52,401 bases of DNA from a virus (taxonomy: Duplodnaviria; Caudoviricetes), in the IMG/VR virus record IMGVR_UViG_3300044990_000705, positions 1 to 52,401 of that record; one strand, given 5' to 3'. The notes below the pieces were generated by a model that was given only the letters and a program-made list of their open reading frames with translations, did not search any database and was not told the DNA's origin. This document shows positions 1 to 10,500 of the stretch, in pieces (positions within the stretch are counted from its first letter, which is position 1; each line of letters opens with the position of its first letter). A program made the translations under genes and the position numbers.

Positions 1-46
1 TTAAATCATGGGGCACCTCCACCACCGCCCGTGAACATAGTTGGTT
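1..46. repeat. Terminal direct repeat, left copy (circular overlap)
   Basis: 1-46 is identical to 52356-52401. Confidence 0.95.
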
Positions 47-196
47 ATAGATGATCTTAGTTATTATATTCTTACTATTATAAAAAAAAAAGAATAATAT
101 ATATAAAAAAAAATAATAATAAAGATAACAACCACCTAAAGACCACCACTACCACCCAACTATGTTCAAAACCGGAAAATGGGGTGCCCCATGATT
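4..196. other. Symmetric inverted-repeat element around an AT-rich core (putative replication origin or terminus)
   Basis: IR pairs 4-17/183-196 and 32-44/156-168, both centred on nt 100, flank A/T tracts at about 61-125. Confidence 0.55.
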
Positions 197-252
197 GAAT
201 GATTGAAATCATGATAACATGAAATCATGCAAACAATCAATTGTGGCCTGCC

Positions 253-275
253 CTATGTTCAAAAAATAAACATAG
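253..275. repeat. 23-bp palindromic motif, copy 1
   Basis: ctatgttcaaaaaataaacatag. Confidence 0.9.
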
Positions 276-563
276 CTGGCCTCCAAACCACTGGTCTCCA
301 GCTATCACCTATACCGACATCAAAAGTTATCGTAACTAAAGTTAAAATAAAAAATCTATATCCAAACCATCTGCAATGTCACAAATATGCTCGAAGAATC
401 CTAAAGTGTGTTGAATCGCTAATAAATCCAAAAAGTCACAAGTCCAATGACTAATCTCCCGGCCAGTAATGTCTGATAACATCAAAAAATGCAAAAGTGT
501 CATAACTGCCTCCATTCACAGCATCGCTGTGTGTCGGCATAAGTGATAACTGGAAATCACCAA

Positions 564-594
564 AGCCACTGACCCTCATGTGAGCACTCCAATT
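564..594. repeat. Inverted repeat arm pairing with 1201-1231
   Basis: 26/31 complementary to 1201-1231; inner extension 602-614 with 1183-1194. Confidence 0.8.
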
Positions 595-624
595 GAAGTG
601 CCCTGTTAGTGTTAATCGCTATCG

Positions 625-1101
625 CTAATCATCATCTCCATCTAAAACATCTGCCATCGTTACTGTGGGCTGCAAAATGGGCTGTGCCAATGTTGGCTGT
701 GGTGTCTGGGCTGTCTGAACTGGGCGCTTAACCTGTGGTGGTGCCATTACTGGATCTCCCACATGTTCCATTGCCCAGCTGATGAACTGATCTCTGCGAT
801 CTGGGGTCATCCTCAAAAAAACTGTCTCAACGCTAACTGTGGTGCGCTTACCTGCTGGAGCATACAAACTCTTCACGTTAACTCGCTGAATGCCAACTCC
901 TAATCTCAAAAAGTCATCCCTGTTGAGGCTCCTGCAGTGCGCTTGCCATGTCACCCTTGGACTCTGACCTCCACTGAGCAGGGTCATCATCTCCTGCATG
1001 TCATAACCTGTGAAATCAAACTCCACCTGTGCGGTCACTGTTGCAACCGTCACGCCATTAGCTATCTGGGAAATCCTGATCTGTTGAACCGGTGCTATCA
1101 T
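625..1101 (-). CDS. Hypothetical early protein (158 aa)
   Basis: ORF 625-1152; ATG at 1101 preceded by GGAGG; acidic C-terminal tail. Confidence 0.7.
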   Translation of the reverse strand: MIAPVQQIRISQIANGVTVATVTAQVEFDFTGYDMQEMMTLLSGGQSPRVTWQAHCRSLNRDDFLRLGVGIQRVNVKSLYAPAGKRTTVSVETVFLRMTPDRRDQFISWAMEHVGDPVMAPPQVKRPVQTAQTPQPTLAQPILQPTVTMADVLDGDDD

Positions 1102-1200
1102 GTGATACCTCCATTGTGTGAAAATGTACGTTAAAGTGGCTGTCCGAATCAACTAAACCCGGCCGCCCTATCTATAACCCTCTAACACCGCAGGTGTCGA

Positions 1201-1231
1201 AGTTGAAGTGCTCACATGAAGACCAGTGGCT
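1201..1231. repeat. Inverted repeat arm pairing with 564-594
   Basis: agttgaagtgctcacatgaagaccagtggct. Confidence 0.8.
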
Positions 1232-1509
1232 AACACTGGCAACCATCTAATGGACGAAGTCCATGCTGGCTCCCAATGACCCGCTTCGGGATTCCCGCCT
1301 GCCAACCATAAGCTGGTTGCTGGGAGTGCTGAATGTCAAAGATCTCGTTGCTGGCCACTGAGTGTGTCTAATGTATCCAATGGCCCTTATGCTGATTGAA
1401 AAATCTGATGCACGCAATCATAGTGTGGTTCGAAACATACTATGACCAGTTTAGTTTTTTAGACATAGTATGACTCGAAGCCTACTATGCCTTCCTTCCA
1501 CTTGCCACC

Positions 1510-1537
1510 ATCATACACTGTTGGTGGCTATTGTCAA
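1510..1537 (-). promoter_or_regulatory. Putative sigma70-type promoter (leftward)
   Basis: TTGACA-16 nt-TATGAT on the minus strand. Confidence 0.55.
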
Positions 1538-1647
1538 GGCCCTTGCCCTGACCACTTTGTTTGTCGCTTTCGTTAAATACATAATACATGATCCCAGTGG
1601 TTTGTCAACTTTCACATTCCCATGGCTGGAGTGATTTGCCATGTGAA

Positions 1648-1670
1648 CTATGTTCAAAAAATGAACATAG
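1648..1670. repeat. 23-bp palindromic motif, copy 2
   Basis: ctatgttcaaaaaatgaacatag (perfect 9-bp arms). Confidence 0.9.
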
Positions 1671-2425
1671 CCACAACCAATCTCATGAAAATCCAAAGGG
1701 GGATGATCCTCCCTTCGGTCGGACAATAGCATTGAGTAGGAAATATATAAGATTTTGAATACCCACAAATATGTGTAATTAACGTGGTGCACGCCTTCAT
1801 ACCACATTTGGCAACCCATACAATCCAACACACCATGCGCCCAGCGCATTGTGGTGGTCATTTGGCGGCCATTAATGGCCATTTCCAACAACAAATACCA
1901 CCACCCCGACCAACCCGCCAACAACACTAACCAATCGAACGTAGTGAGGAATGGCCAGATAGCGACTCTGGTAGCGGTAGCGGCACTATGCTGAAAGCGG
2001 CATTTGTGTTGGCCTTTTGTTAGGTGAGTTAACGTGGTGATGATGGTGGATGGGTGGTGGTTGGTTGGTGTGATTCATCATGGTGTGGTGGTTGCGTGTT
2101 GTGGTGGGCATTGTGGGGCGTTTGAACGGCATTTCCGCCCATAATCACATCCCGCCAACCACATTGCCCCGACCGTAGGGAGTGTATGTTAATCTAAATG
2201 TAGTGAGGAATTTGCCCCGAGCGTAGCGAGTTAGATAGGGATAGCGACAGCGATAGCGGCTAAGATCGCAATAGCCGCTATGTGGCGACCAAAGGGAGCA
2301 AAACAAACCAGATTTAAACTATGGTGATAACAACTGTATCGCGCAACCAGTAATTTTGCGCGATTAAGGTGACTTGGCGGAAAATTTCTGCGCAACCAAA
2401 GGTTGCAATTGTGGGAAATAATGGG

Positions 2426-2454
2426 TTGACATCTTGGTAAAAATGTTGTAATGT
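2426..2454 (+). promoter_or_regulatory. Putative sigma70-type promoter for the structural arm
   Basis: TTGACA-17 nt-TAATGT, 36 nt upstream of ORF 2491. Confidence 0.6.
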
Positions 2455-2490
2455 GGTTTTAAAATCTTCACACCAAAAAGGCAACTTTGC

Positions 2491-3039
2491 ATGGCTACAC
2501 TAACAAAAGAACAATCTGAGCGTTACACTATGCCATATCGCAGTGACCAACGATTCGGTCCTGTGCTCAGCAAGAAGAATTGGCAAGTAGGCCAACTATG
2601 GGACTTGCATCATGAAGTGATTCGGATGTTGTTGCTGGGAATGAAGCAAACTGACATCGCAGCAAAACTCAACATCACCGATTGCCAAGTCTCGAAGATC
2701 AAAAACTCCCAAGTCGTCCAAGATCGCTTATCGCTGATGCGTGCATCTCGTGATGTTCAAACTATTGACATCTCAAGGGATATTCTGGAAGTTGCACCTC
2801 GTGCCCTAAAACTATTGAAAAATATCGTTGAAAATGAGGGAGAAGGTCGTCAAGCAACTATTGGATTGCGTAGCAAGGTGGCTGAGAGCTTGCTCGACAG
2901 GGCGGGATTTGGGGCAGTGAAGAAATTGCAAAGTGAAAATGTGCATACCTTTTATGATGCTAATGAAATTGAGCGCATAAAGCAAAGGGCTATGCTCGCC
3001 AGCGGCGAGGTGGAAGAGGCCATAGTGGTGAATGGCTAA
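2491..3039 (+). CDS. HTH protein, probable terminase small subunit
   Basis: HTH-like GMKQTDIAAKLNITDCQVSKI plus AESLLDRAG motif typical of TerS-like proteins; first gene of the structural arm. Confidence 0.55.
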   Translation: MATLTKEQSERYTMPYRSDQRFGPVLSKKNWQVGQLWDLHHEVIRMLLLGMKQTDIAAKLNITDCQVSKIKNSQVVQDRLSLMRASRDVQTIDISRDILEVAPRALKLLKNIVENEGEGRQATIGLRSKVAESLLDRAGFGAVKKLQSENVHTFYDANEIERIKQRAMLASGEVEEAIVVNG

Positions 3040-3041
3040 CG

Positions 3042-3064
3042 CTATGTTCAAAAATTAAACAAAG
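3042..3064. repeat. 23-bp palindromic motif, copy 3
   Basis: ctatgttcaaaaattaaacaaag, between a stop codon and an RBS. Confidence 0.9.
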
Positions 3065-3078
3065 AGGACAATGCTGCT

Positions 3079-6000
3079 ATGTACATTCACAAACCGTGGA
3101 AGACATTCTTCGCGCCAACTGTCATAAAGTATGAAGCACCAACTGCTAATGACTACCAATATGACGTACCTACTGTCTGGCTGAACAAAACTACTGATAT
3201 TTGCTATCTGCTGGTGGACAACTCTATGGGTGCTGCCATCTGGGTTAGCCGAGAGAATAGCAATGGTGGCGACTCTGTGTGGGTGTTGTATGGCCAGAAT
3301 GCGTGTTATCTTGCTGGAAATGTGGGCATTGCTACTCCTGACCCAAGCCAAACTCTTACAATCGCTGGAACTATTGGTGGTGGTGAGCATGGAACAGAGT
3401 TCACTGTAGATATGAATGGTAGTGTGATTTGCGGAGACGTGAATAATCAGATCATATCTAATGCTGCGTCTTTCACTGGAACTGTGAATGCAGATGATGG
3501 CTTCTTGGTTGGAAATGACGCTACAAGTGGCAATGTGTTGAAAGCTGATGGAATTTCATTCAAATCTAGTGCTCTCACCAAAAGTGATGTGGGCCTTGAT
3601 AATGTTGACAATGTAAGTGATGCTAACAAAATCATATCTAACCTAACTGCAAGTGCTCTTGCTGCAAAGGCTGACTTGGTAAGTGGCAAAGTTCCAGCAA
3701 CTCAACTCCCTGCTAGTGCATTAATGGAACTTGGAAATGACTCTACCAATGCCTATTGGGGTGATAAGGGCAAAATTGCTTATGACCACTCCCTTGTTGT
3801 AGTTGGAAACCCTCATGCTGTTACAAAGAGTGATGTTGGTCTGGCTAATGTTGACAACACCAGCGACACCGCCAAACCAATCTCCAGTGCTGTCTCCCTA
3901 GCCTTGACTACCAAAGCTGATCTCGTGACTGGCAAAGTCCCTGCTGAGCAACTCCCTCCAATGTCTTATTCTGTTGTTGACTATGCAAATCGTGCTGCTT
4001 TCCCTGATCCGGGCGATAGCAATACCTACTATGTAGCGCTTGACACTATGTATGTCTACTTGTGGGGTGGAGATGGAGTTGGCTATGTGATGATAACTGG
4101 ATCGCTTGTGATAGCTGATAACGCTGTGACAATGGTTAAGATCCAAGATATCGACACAAACACTGTGATTGGGCGGATAGATAGTGGAATTGGAAACCCA
4201 AAGGCGCTGAGTGCCAGTGAACTGCGGGCTATTATTGGCACTGTTGGTATAGCAACTGACGCTATCTGGGATGCCGCTGGGGATCTTGTGGTTGGCTCTG
4301 GTGCTGATGCGGCAGTGCGGCTTGCAAAGGGTTCAAGTGGCCAAGTGCTGACTGCTGGTGCTACCACGTTATCTTGGCAAACACCAGCAACTGGTGGTGG
4401 AACTATAACTGATGTAACCGGCACTAGCCCTGTGGTCTCTAGTGGTGGTACAACTCCTGCCATATCTATGCCTGCTGCAACTGCAAGTGCTCCTGGCCAT
4501 GCAACTGCGGCGCAGATAACTAAACTTGATGGGATTGAGCCAGGTGCTAACGACTACACCCATCCAGGTGGTGATGGCTATCTGCATGTCCCCGCAACTG
4601 CTGGTGCTTCAAATGGCCAAGCTCTGCTTGTTGACACACCTGGAGCTGCTGCTGTGTGGGGAACTATCTCATCAAGTGGTGCTGTGAGTGTTGCTGACAC
4701 CTCATCTATCGATCTGACTCTGAGTGGAAGCCAAATATCTGGCGTAGTGCTGCCTGCTGGAGTGAATCATGACAGTTTGTCAAATTATAGTGCTAACAAA
4801 CATATAGATCATTCGGCTGTAAGTGTGATTGCCGGAACGGGGATGAGTGGAGGTGGAACACTAACTGAATCTCGCACACTGAATTGCACTGTAGTTGGCT
4901 ATTCTGCTGCAACTGCTAGAAGTGATATGATTGCTGCGAGTATTGCTGATGGTGACACTACCCACGCCCCTGATGGCAATTCTGTGTTTGACGCTCTTGC
5001 GCTTAAAGCTAACCTCGTCAGCCCAACTTTCACTGGCACAGTGTTGTGCGCTGCTATAACCGCAAGTGGCATTCTGACTGCTGCGACGATAAAAACTGGC
5101 TCGCTGAACACTACTTATGTCCCCTACTACGATTCCACTAATGGCCTGTCAAATAGCATAATCCGCAGTGTAGCTTCTGTAATTGGCATAGGCATATCTC
5201 CAACTAAAGCATTTTTGCATCTTGCGGCTGCAACTGCGGCTAATGCCAACTTGAAGTTTGAGCCTGCTGGTGTTGAACCAACTAGTGCTGATGTTGGTAG
5301 TTTGTGGTTCTATGTCGATGGTGGAGGGATTCCATATCTGAAGTTCAAAAAAACTAGCTCTGTCACAGTTGACCTACTTGCCATGTCTGGCACATCACAG
5401 TGGACAACAAGTGGAAATAATATCTGGTTTGGCACTGCTACTGTGGGAAGTGTTGGAGTTGGGATTTCTGCTCCTAGTGCACGGTTGCATGTGTATGGAA
5501 CTAATGCTTCTGGGCTTGCGAGCGGTCGGTTTGAGAATACATCAACTACTGGTTATTGCGAGGTTAGAGTAAAATCTGGAACAAATGATCTATATTTTGG
5601 TGCTTGTAGTCCTGGATACACAGGTACTGGATTTGAATCTGGATCGTGGATATGGAATACTGGGGCAGGAAAACTATCTTTTGGTACAAACAATACTGAG
5701 TGCTTTAACATAAATAGCAACAACGTGCTATATGTGTCAACTCCAACTAATCGTTACCACCAGATCTATAAAACACAATCTAGTGTGGATCTGACTGTGC
5801 CAACAACTAATACTTGCTTCTCTCCTGCGCTTACAGGTGGAACTGGCCAAGGAGTTGGCTGGATGCTGCCAATTGTCCCGCAGGTGTTTTGTGGAACTAT
5901 TTGCAATGTAGTGCCTACAATAAGTGGGTCGATGTGGTATGCTACAATTCACTCTAAGGTGCTAAACACTGGAGGAATTGGACTTCAGACAACTTCAGGT

Positions 6001-6813
6001 AGTTATAACTCTGCAATAACCAGTCACATTGGCTTGGTGCATGAAGTTGAGAACAAAGGTGGAAAAAGTGGTGATTGTAGTGCAGTTTTCCATCAAGTAT
6101 ATATGCACGGCCATCTTGCAAATGAAAGTAGCGAATCAACTTCAATTTATTATAGCCATGTCATAGGTGGTTTTCCTGGAGTTGAGGGAAATGATGGGCT
6201 TGGAGCATACTACACCTCTGTCTTTGAGGGCCATCAGTACTATATGAATGGTGGTAGTAACACTCGGGGGTGCAAAGGTTGGTGGCACTTGCTGTATATC
6301 AGCAATAATTTCGCTACTGGTGGATTATCTGCTGGAAATTGGAAATCCTATGATTATATAAGTGCAATACATGGTGTAGATGTTGCTACTTTTGGTGCAG
6401 CAGCTATGAGTGGATATGATATTATGTATGCCGATACTTTTTTAAGGGCTGCTGGAAAATGGCATACTGTCTTTGGTGGTGGAGTAGCTAGTTATGAAGA
6501 TGCAACTACTTTTCAGTTAACCTTAGATGTATGTGGAATAGATCTTTGTACTAATGTATTATATTCTTATGCAACTGTACCAGCCCTTAAAATATCAGAT
6601 GCCACATATATAGACTTAAATGGAAAATTTCCTTATACAGGTACCTGTAAAATTGGATCTGTTTCAAATGGAATTCATATGACTATAATGGGTACAAGTG
6701 GTACAGCAGTAACTGCATTTGGTATAAATAGTTCTGCCACATATCTACGAATAAATAATGTTTTGTATGGATTATCTGTTGATACTAATGGATTTGTAAA
6801 AGCTACTTCATAA
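3079..6813 (+). CDS. Long tail fibre protein
   Basis: 1244 aa, G/S/T/A-rich; duplicated TKSDVGLxNVDN..KADLVxGKVP repeats; VGIGxxxP..LHV fibre repeats. Confidence 0.8.
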   Translation: MYIHKPWKTFFAPTVIKYEAPTANDYQYDVPTVWLNKTTDICYLLVDNSMGAAIWVSRENSNGGDSVWVLYGQNACYLAGNVGIATPDPSQTLTIAGTIGGGEHGTEFTVDMNGSVICGDVNNQIISNAASFTGTVNADDGFLVGNDATSGNVLKADGISFKSSALTKSDVGLDNVDNVSDANKIISNLTASALAAKADLVSGKVPATQLPASALMELGNDSTNAYWGDKGKIAYDHSLVVVGNPHAVTKSDVGLANVDNTSDTAKPISSAVSLALTTKADLVTGKVPAEQLPPMSYSVVDYANRAAFPDPGDSNTYYVALDTMYVYLWGGDGVGYVMITGSLVIADNAVTMVKIQDIDTNTVIGRIDSGIGNPKALSASELRAIIGTVGIATDAIWDAAGDLVVGSGADAAVRLAKGSSGQVLTAGATTLSWQTPATGGGTITDVTGTSPVVSSGGTTPAISMPAATASAPGHATAAQITKLDGIEPGANDYTHPGGDGYLHVPATAGASNGQALLVDTPGAAAVWGTISSSGAVSVADTSSIDLTLSGSQISGVVLPAGVNHDSLSNYSANKHIDHSAVSVIAGTGMSGGGTLTESRTLNCTVVGYSAATARSDMIAASIADGDTTHAPDGNSVFDALALKANLVSPTFTGTVLCAAITASGILTAATIKTGSLNTTYVPYYDSTNGLSNSIIRSVASVIGIGISPTKAFLHLAAATAANANLKFEPAGVEPTSADVGSLWFYVDGGGIPYLKFKKTSSVTVDLLAMSGTSQWTTSGNNIWFGTATVGSVGVGISAPSARLHVYGTNASGLASGRFENTSTTGYCEVRVKSGTNDLYFGACSPGYTGTGFESGSWIWNTGAGKLSFGTNNTECFNINSNNVLYVSTPTNRYHQIYKTQSSVDLTVPTTNTCFSPALTGGTGQGVGWMLPIVPQVFCGTICNVVPTISGSMWYATIHSKVLNTGGIGLQTTSGSYNSAITSHIGLVHEVENKGGKSGDCSAVFHQVYMHGHLANESSESTSIYYSHVIGGFPGVEGNDGLGAYYTSVFEGHQYYMNGGSNTRGCKGWWHLLYISNNFATGGLSAGNWKSYDYISAIHGVDVATFGAAAMSGYDIMYADTFLRAAGKWHTVFGGGVASYEDATTFQLTLDVCGIDLCTNVLYSYATVPALKISDATYIDLNGKFPYTGTCKIGSVSNGIHMTIMGTSGTAVTAFGINSSATYLRINNVLYGLSVDTNGFVKATS

Positions 6814-6834
6814 TAACTAAAGGAGAAGTGAAAA

Positions 6835-7128
6835 ATGGAAATTAATGTAAATCAGCCTATTATCGACCTGGATGGAAAAGAGCTTGTTGAAGATGGAAAA
6901 ACAATAACTGTTGGCTTGGTGATATTCCGATCACTATTGGGCGCTTATCAAGATGAGCAAAATCTGAGTGGAGAAGAAAAGTTTTCTCGTGGCGAGCTGG
7001 CAATGCGTGTGAAGAATGCTGAAAACTCGTTAACATTAAAAGCTGAAGACATCGTGCTGGTGAAGAAACTTGTAGCGAAGATGTTTACAACTTTCATCGT
7101 CTGGCAAATGTGGAAAGTTTTAGATTGA
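6835..7128 (+). CDS. Small hypothetical protein following the tail fibre (possible chaperone)
   Basis: 97 aa ORF with AAGGAG RBS. Confidence 0.65.
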   Translation: MEINVNQPIIDLDGKELVEDGKTITVGLVIFRSLLGAYQDEQNLSGEEKFSRGELAMRVKNAENSLTLKAEDIVLVKKLVAKMFTTFIVWQMWKVLD

Positions 7129-7139
7129 TTTGTGAATGG

Positions 7140-7162
7140 CTATGTTCAAAAATTAAACAAAG
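7140..7162. repeat. 23-bp palindromic motif, copy 4
   Basis: ctatgttcaaaaattaaacaaag. Confidence 0.9.
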
Positions 7163-7171
7163 GGCTTTGAA

Positions 7172-7567
7172 ATGAGTGAACAATATCAAATACTACCAGT
7201 TAATGTTCCCTTGACCATATATCAAGGAGTGACATTTTACAAATTGTGGAATTTCTACTTGCCAACTGGTGAGGCTTTTCCATTCTTTGGCGAAGATGGC
7301 TATGCTGAGTGGACTGGCAGGAGTATGATAAAAAGTAACTATGATGACCAAAGCCCTTTGGTTTCACTAACAAGTGCAAATGGTGGAGTTTTCTTTCAAG
7401 AAGCTAATGGCGTAGCGTCTTATGGAATGATAATATCTGCCGCTCAAGCATCTGCCCTCCCTTATGGCAACGCATATTATGATATTGAGTTTGAGCGTCT
7501 TGCTGATGGCTGGGTGATAAGACCACAGCATGGCAAGGTAACTATCATGGCGGAGGTGACGAAATGA
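7172..7567 (+). CDS. Hypothetical virion/fibre-adaptor beta-sandwich protein
   Basis: IYQGxTF...YYDIE...GKVTI pattern common in phage tail-associated proteins; ATGA overlap with the next gene. Confidence 0.55.
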   Translation: MSEQYQILPVNVPLTIYQGVTFYKLWNFYLPTGEAFPFFGEDGYAEWTGRSMIKSNYDDQSPLVSLTSANGGVFFQEANGVASYGMIISAAQASALPYGNAYYDIEFERLADGWVIRPQHGKVTIMAEVTK

Positions 7568-10500
7568 CAGACTTTATTAATGCCTCTGGCCCTTTGGCAG
7601 ATAGATACTTATATGATTCTGAAGATATTGGATTTACATATCTTGCTGTTGATACAGATGAAGTTTATGTTATAGTTGAATCTGATATTGTTCCTGATGG
7701 AATGTTAGGAGAATGGCAACTACGAAACTTCTTTCGAGCTGCTTTCATTGAGGTTGGTGCTCAAGGTGAACCAGGGCCTGAAGGGCCAGCTGGTGAAGAT
7801 GGAAATGTTATACAGATAAATGCTTCTGGATCTTACAACAATCGTTATCTCTACGACAGTGCCGATGTAGGCTTTAAGTATCTCGCTGTTGATACTGATA
7901 CTATTTATGAAATGTCAAGTGAAAGGGTTTGGGAAGAGAAAATAGTTTTTCGCACTGAATTTATCGAGCAGGGGCCTCAAGGTGAAATTGGTCCTCAAGG
8001 TGAAGTTGGCCCAAAGGGTGATAAGGGCGATACTGGGGATGCGGGATCTGGAATAAACTGGAAAGGTGCGTGGAGCAGTGCGGTTGAATATGTAGAATTT
8101 GACGCAGTTGAATTTATGGGAAGTTCATTTGTCGCTAATGGAACAAGCACAAATAGTATTCCATCATCGCTGGTTGATTGGTATATTTGGGTTTCAAAAG
8201 GTGACAAAGGTGACAAAGGTGACCAAGGCGAGCAGGGAATTCCAGGTGTAAGTGCTGGTCCTCCAACATCTTCTTGGTCTGCAATTCCAAATCATGTAAG
8301 ATATCCAAGCGAACTTTTGGTGTACTCAAGTCTTGGCCAAAAGTCAAACTCTTTTCATGTGCACTCTAATGTTAGCCTGAGCGCAGATGGATTTATGTCT
8401 GCTGGAGATAAAAGCAAACTTGATGGTATTGCGAGTGGGGCACAGGTAAATGTTGGAACTAATCTTAGTTTAGGATTTGTCACTGGAACTACAAGACAAA
8501 TATTATCATCTACTGGATCTGGAGTAACTATTCCAGAAGCTACTATAACTTCCAGTGGTATTACTGGTACTGCTGGTTTAATGTCATCAATAGATAAAAC
8601 AAAGCTTGCTGGAATTGATCCGCTGGCAAATAATTATGTTCATCCAAGCGGTGATGGTAATCTACATGTACCAGCCACTAGCACAAATAATGCTGGAAAA
8701 GTATTAACTGCTGGAAGTACTGCTGGATCTATTAGTTGGGTAGATGTTGTCAGTGGAGGTGATGGTGGAGATCTTAATCTTGAAACACTTAGAATATTTA
8801 ATGTAAAAGATTTTGGTGCGGTTGGGAATGGAGTTGTTAATGATAGGGATGCAATCCGTAGAGCTATTTATGCTGCCAGTATAGTTGGCGGTGGAACTAT
8901 TATTTTCCCTCCTGGCACATATAAAGTAGATGGCCCTATATCATGGATAGCTAGTTGGGATAGAATAAATGGTGTTGAGACTGAGCCTAATTTTTATAAG
9001 TGGGATGAATATCCACTAACTGCTTTAGATAATTTACATCTTGTTGGTATCGGAGCAGTAACGATAATTTGTGATATAGCTAATACAAAAATGCAAATTT
9101 TTTATCAGGTGTCTGTTCGAGAAGGATCTTCTTGGACTTTAAATAGAGCTACATGCGCTAAAAATCAATCTTTTACCAATATTATCTTTGATGGAAATAT
9201 AGATCATATTGATAATACTACTTTAACTGAAGATGCACTTGTTACATTATCTCCAGTAGATGGGTTAAGAATTGAAAAATGTACCTTTAAAAATGGTGGG
9301 GCTTATGGTCTTTCACTACAAAATAATTCAGATGTGGTAGGAAACGAGAAAAATAAGAATATAACTATAATAGATACTATATTTGAGAATAATGGAAGAT
9401 TTTTGCCTATTAATGGTTTAGATGGATTTGATGGATTAGACATAAAATGTGGAAAGAATATAACTCTTATAAATTGTACAGCACAAAATAATATGAATTC
9501 TGGATTTGATATTAGAGGGGAAAATGTTTCATATATAAATTGTTGTGCTTATAATAATGGTGGAAGTGGATTTGATTTAACTGCCAATATAACACCTGGT
9601 CTTCCATCATCATATAATATAATTGGAGGAGTCTCTTCTGGTAATGGTACTGGTGTTGGAGTAAATGGTAATTGTACAATAGCAGATTATAGTGCTGCAA
9701 CAAGAATGATTGCTTTCATTAGTGGTATGAGAATTTTAAATAGTGTGAGAACTTGGAGTACTACTGCTGTTCCTCCTCAATGGATAAATGGTGATGGAAT
9801 ACTTTTTTATGGTGATAGAGATGCAGATGTAAACAAAAATACTTTTGTTACTTTTGAAAATTGTGAAATAGTTGGAAATGAAAGATATGGAGTTTGGATG
9901 CATTCGAGTAGTGTATCGACCTATAACCTAAGAATTACCACTATTGGTTCAGCAGTTTTTAATAATTGTATTATTGCAAATAATGCAAGTACAGGTGTTT
10001 ATATTGAATTTGGAAATGTCACTATTCATGGCGGAAAGATTTTTGGTAATGGTGCTTATGGTATCTGGGAATCTGTATATGAAATAAAAAAGACTGTTTC
10101 AAAAACAATATATAGTGGAAATTTAGTAGTAGAAAATAATACTTATCAAGGTGAGGCAGATAAAAATATATTTCTTACCTCTGTTGCTGGTAGCTTGACA
10201 AATAGTGGTAGTATCACAGCAACAGTTGGAAAAGAAGTAAGAGATTATAATTACACAGCGCTTGATTATAATATCAAAACAATAGCATCAGCTGCAACTA
10301 TAACACTTCCTTATGGAGTTGATTTTTTCTGGATTACTGGAACTACTGCAATAAGTAACATAAATGGTGGCTATCATGGAAGAATAGTAACATTTGGATT
10401 TGCTGCTGATTGTCCTTTCGTGCATGGTGGAACTTATGGTAATACAAAGATATGGTTATTTGGCGCAGCAAATAAAACATTTCCGGCTAAAACTTATATA

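Noticed and set aside
1-46. Biological direct terminal repeat
   Set aside because: 46 bp is compatible with an assembler overlap, and the break falls inside a symmetric element that continues across the junction; cannot be decided without reads
227-454. 75-aa ORF on the + strand
   Set aside because: No RBS, opposite to local gene orientation, and it spans a motif copy; likely spurious
1511-1927. 138-aa and 60-aa minus-strand ORFs
   Set aside because: Low-complexity W/M/V-rich translations of a skewed non-coding region; they overlap a promoter and a motif copy
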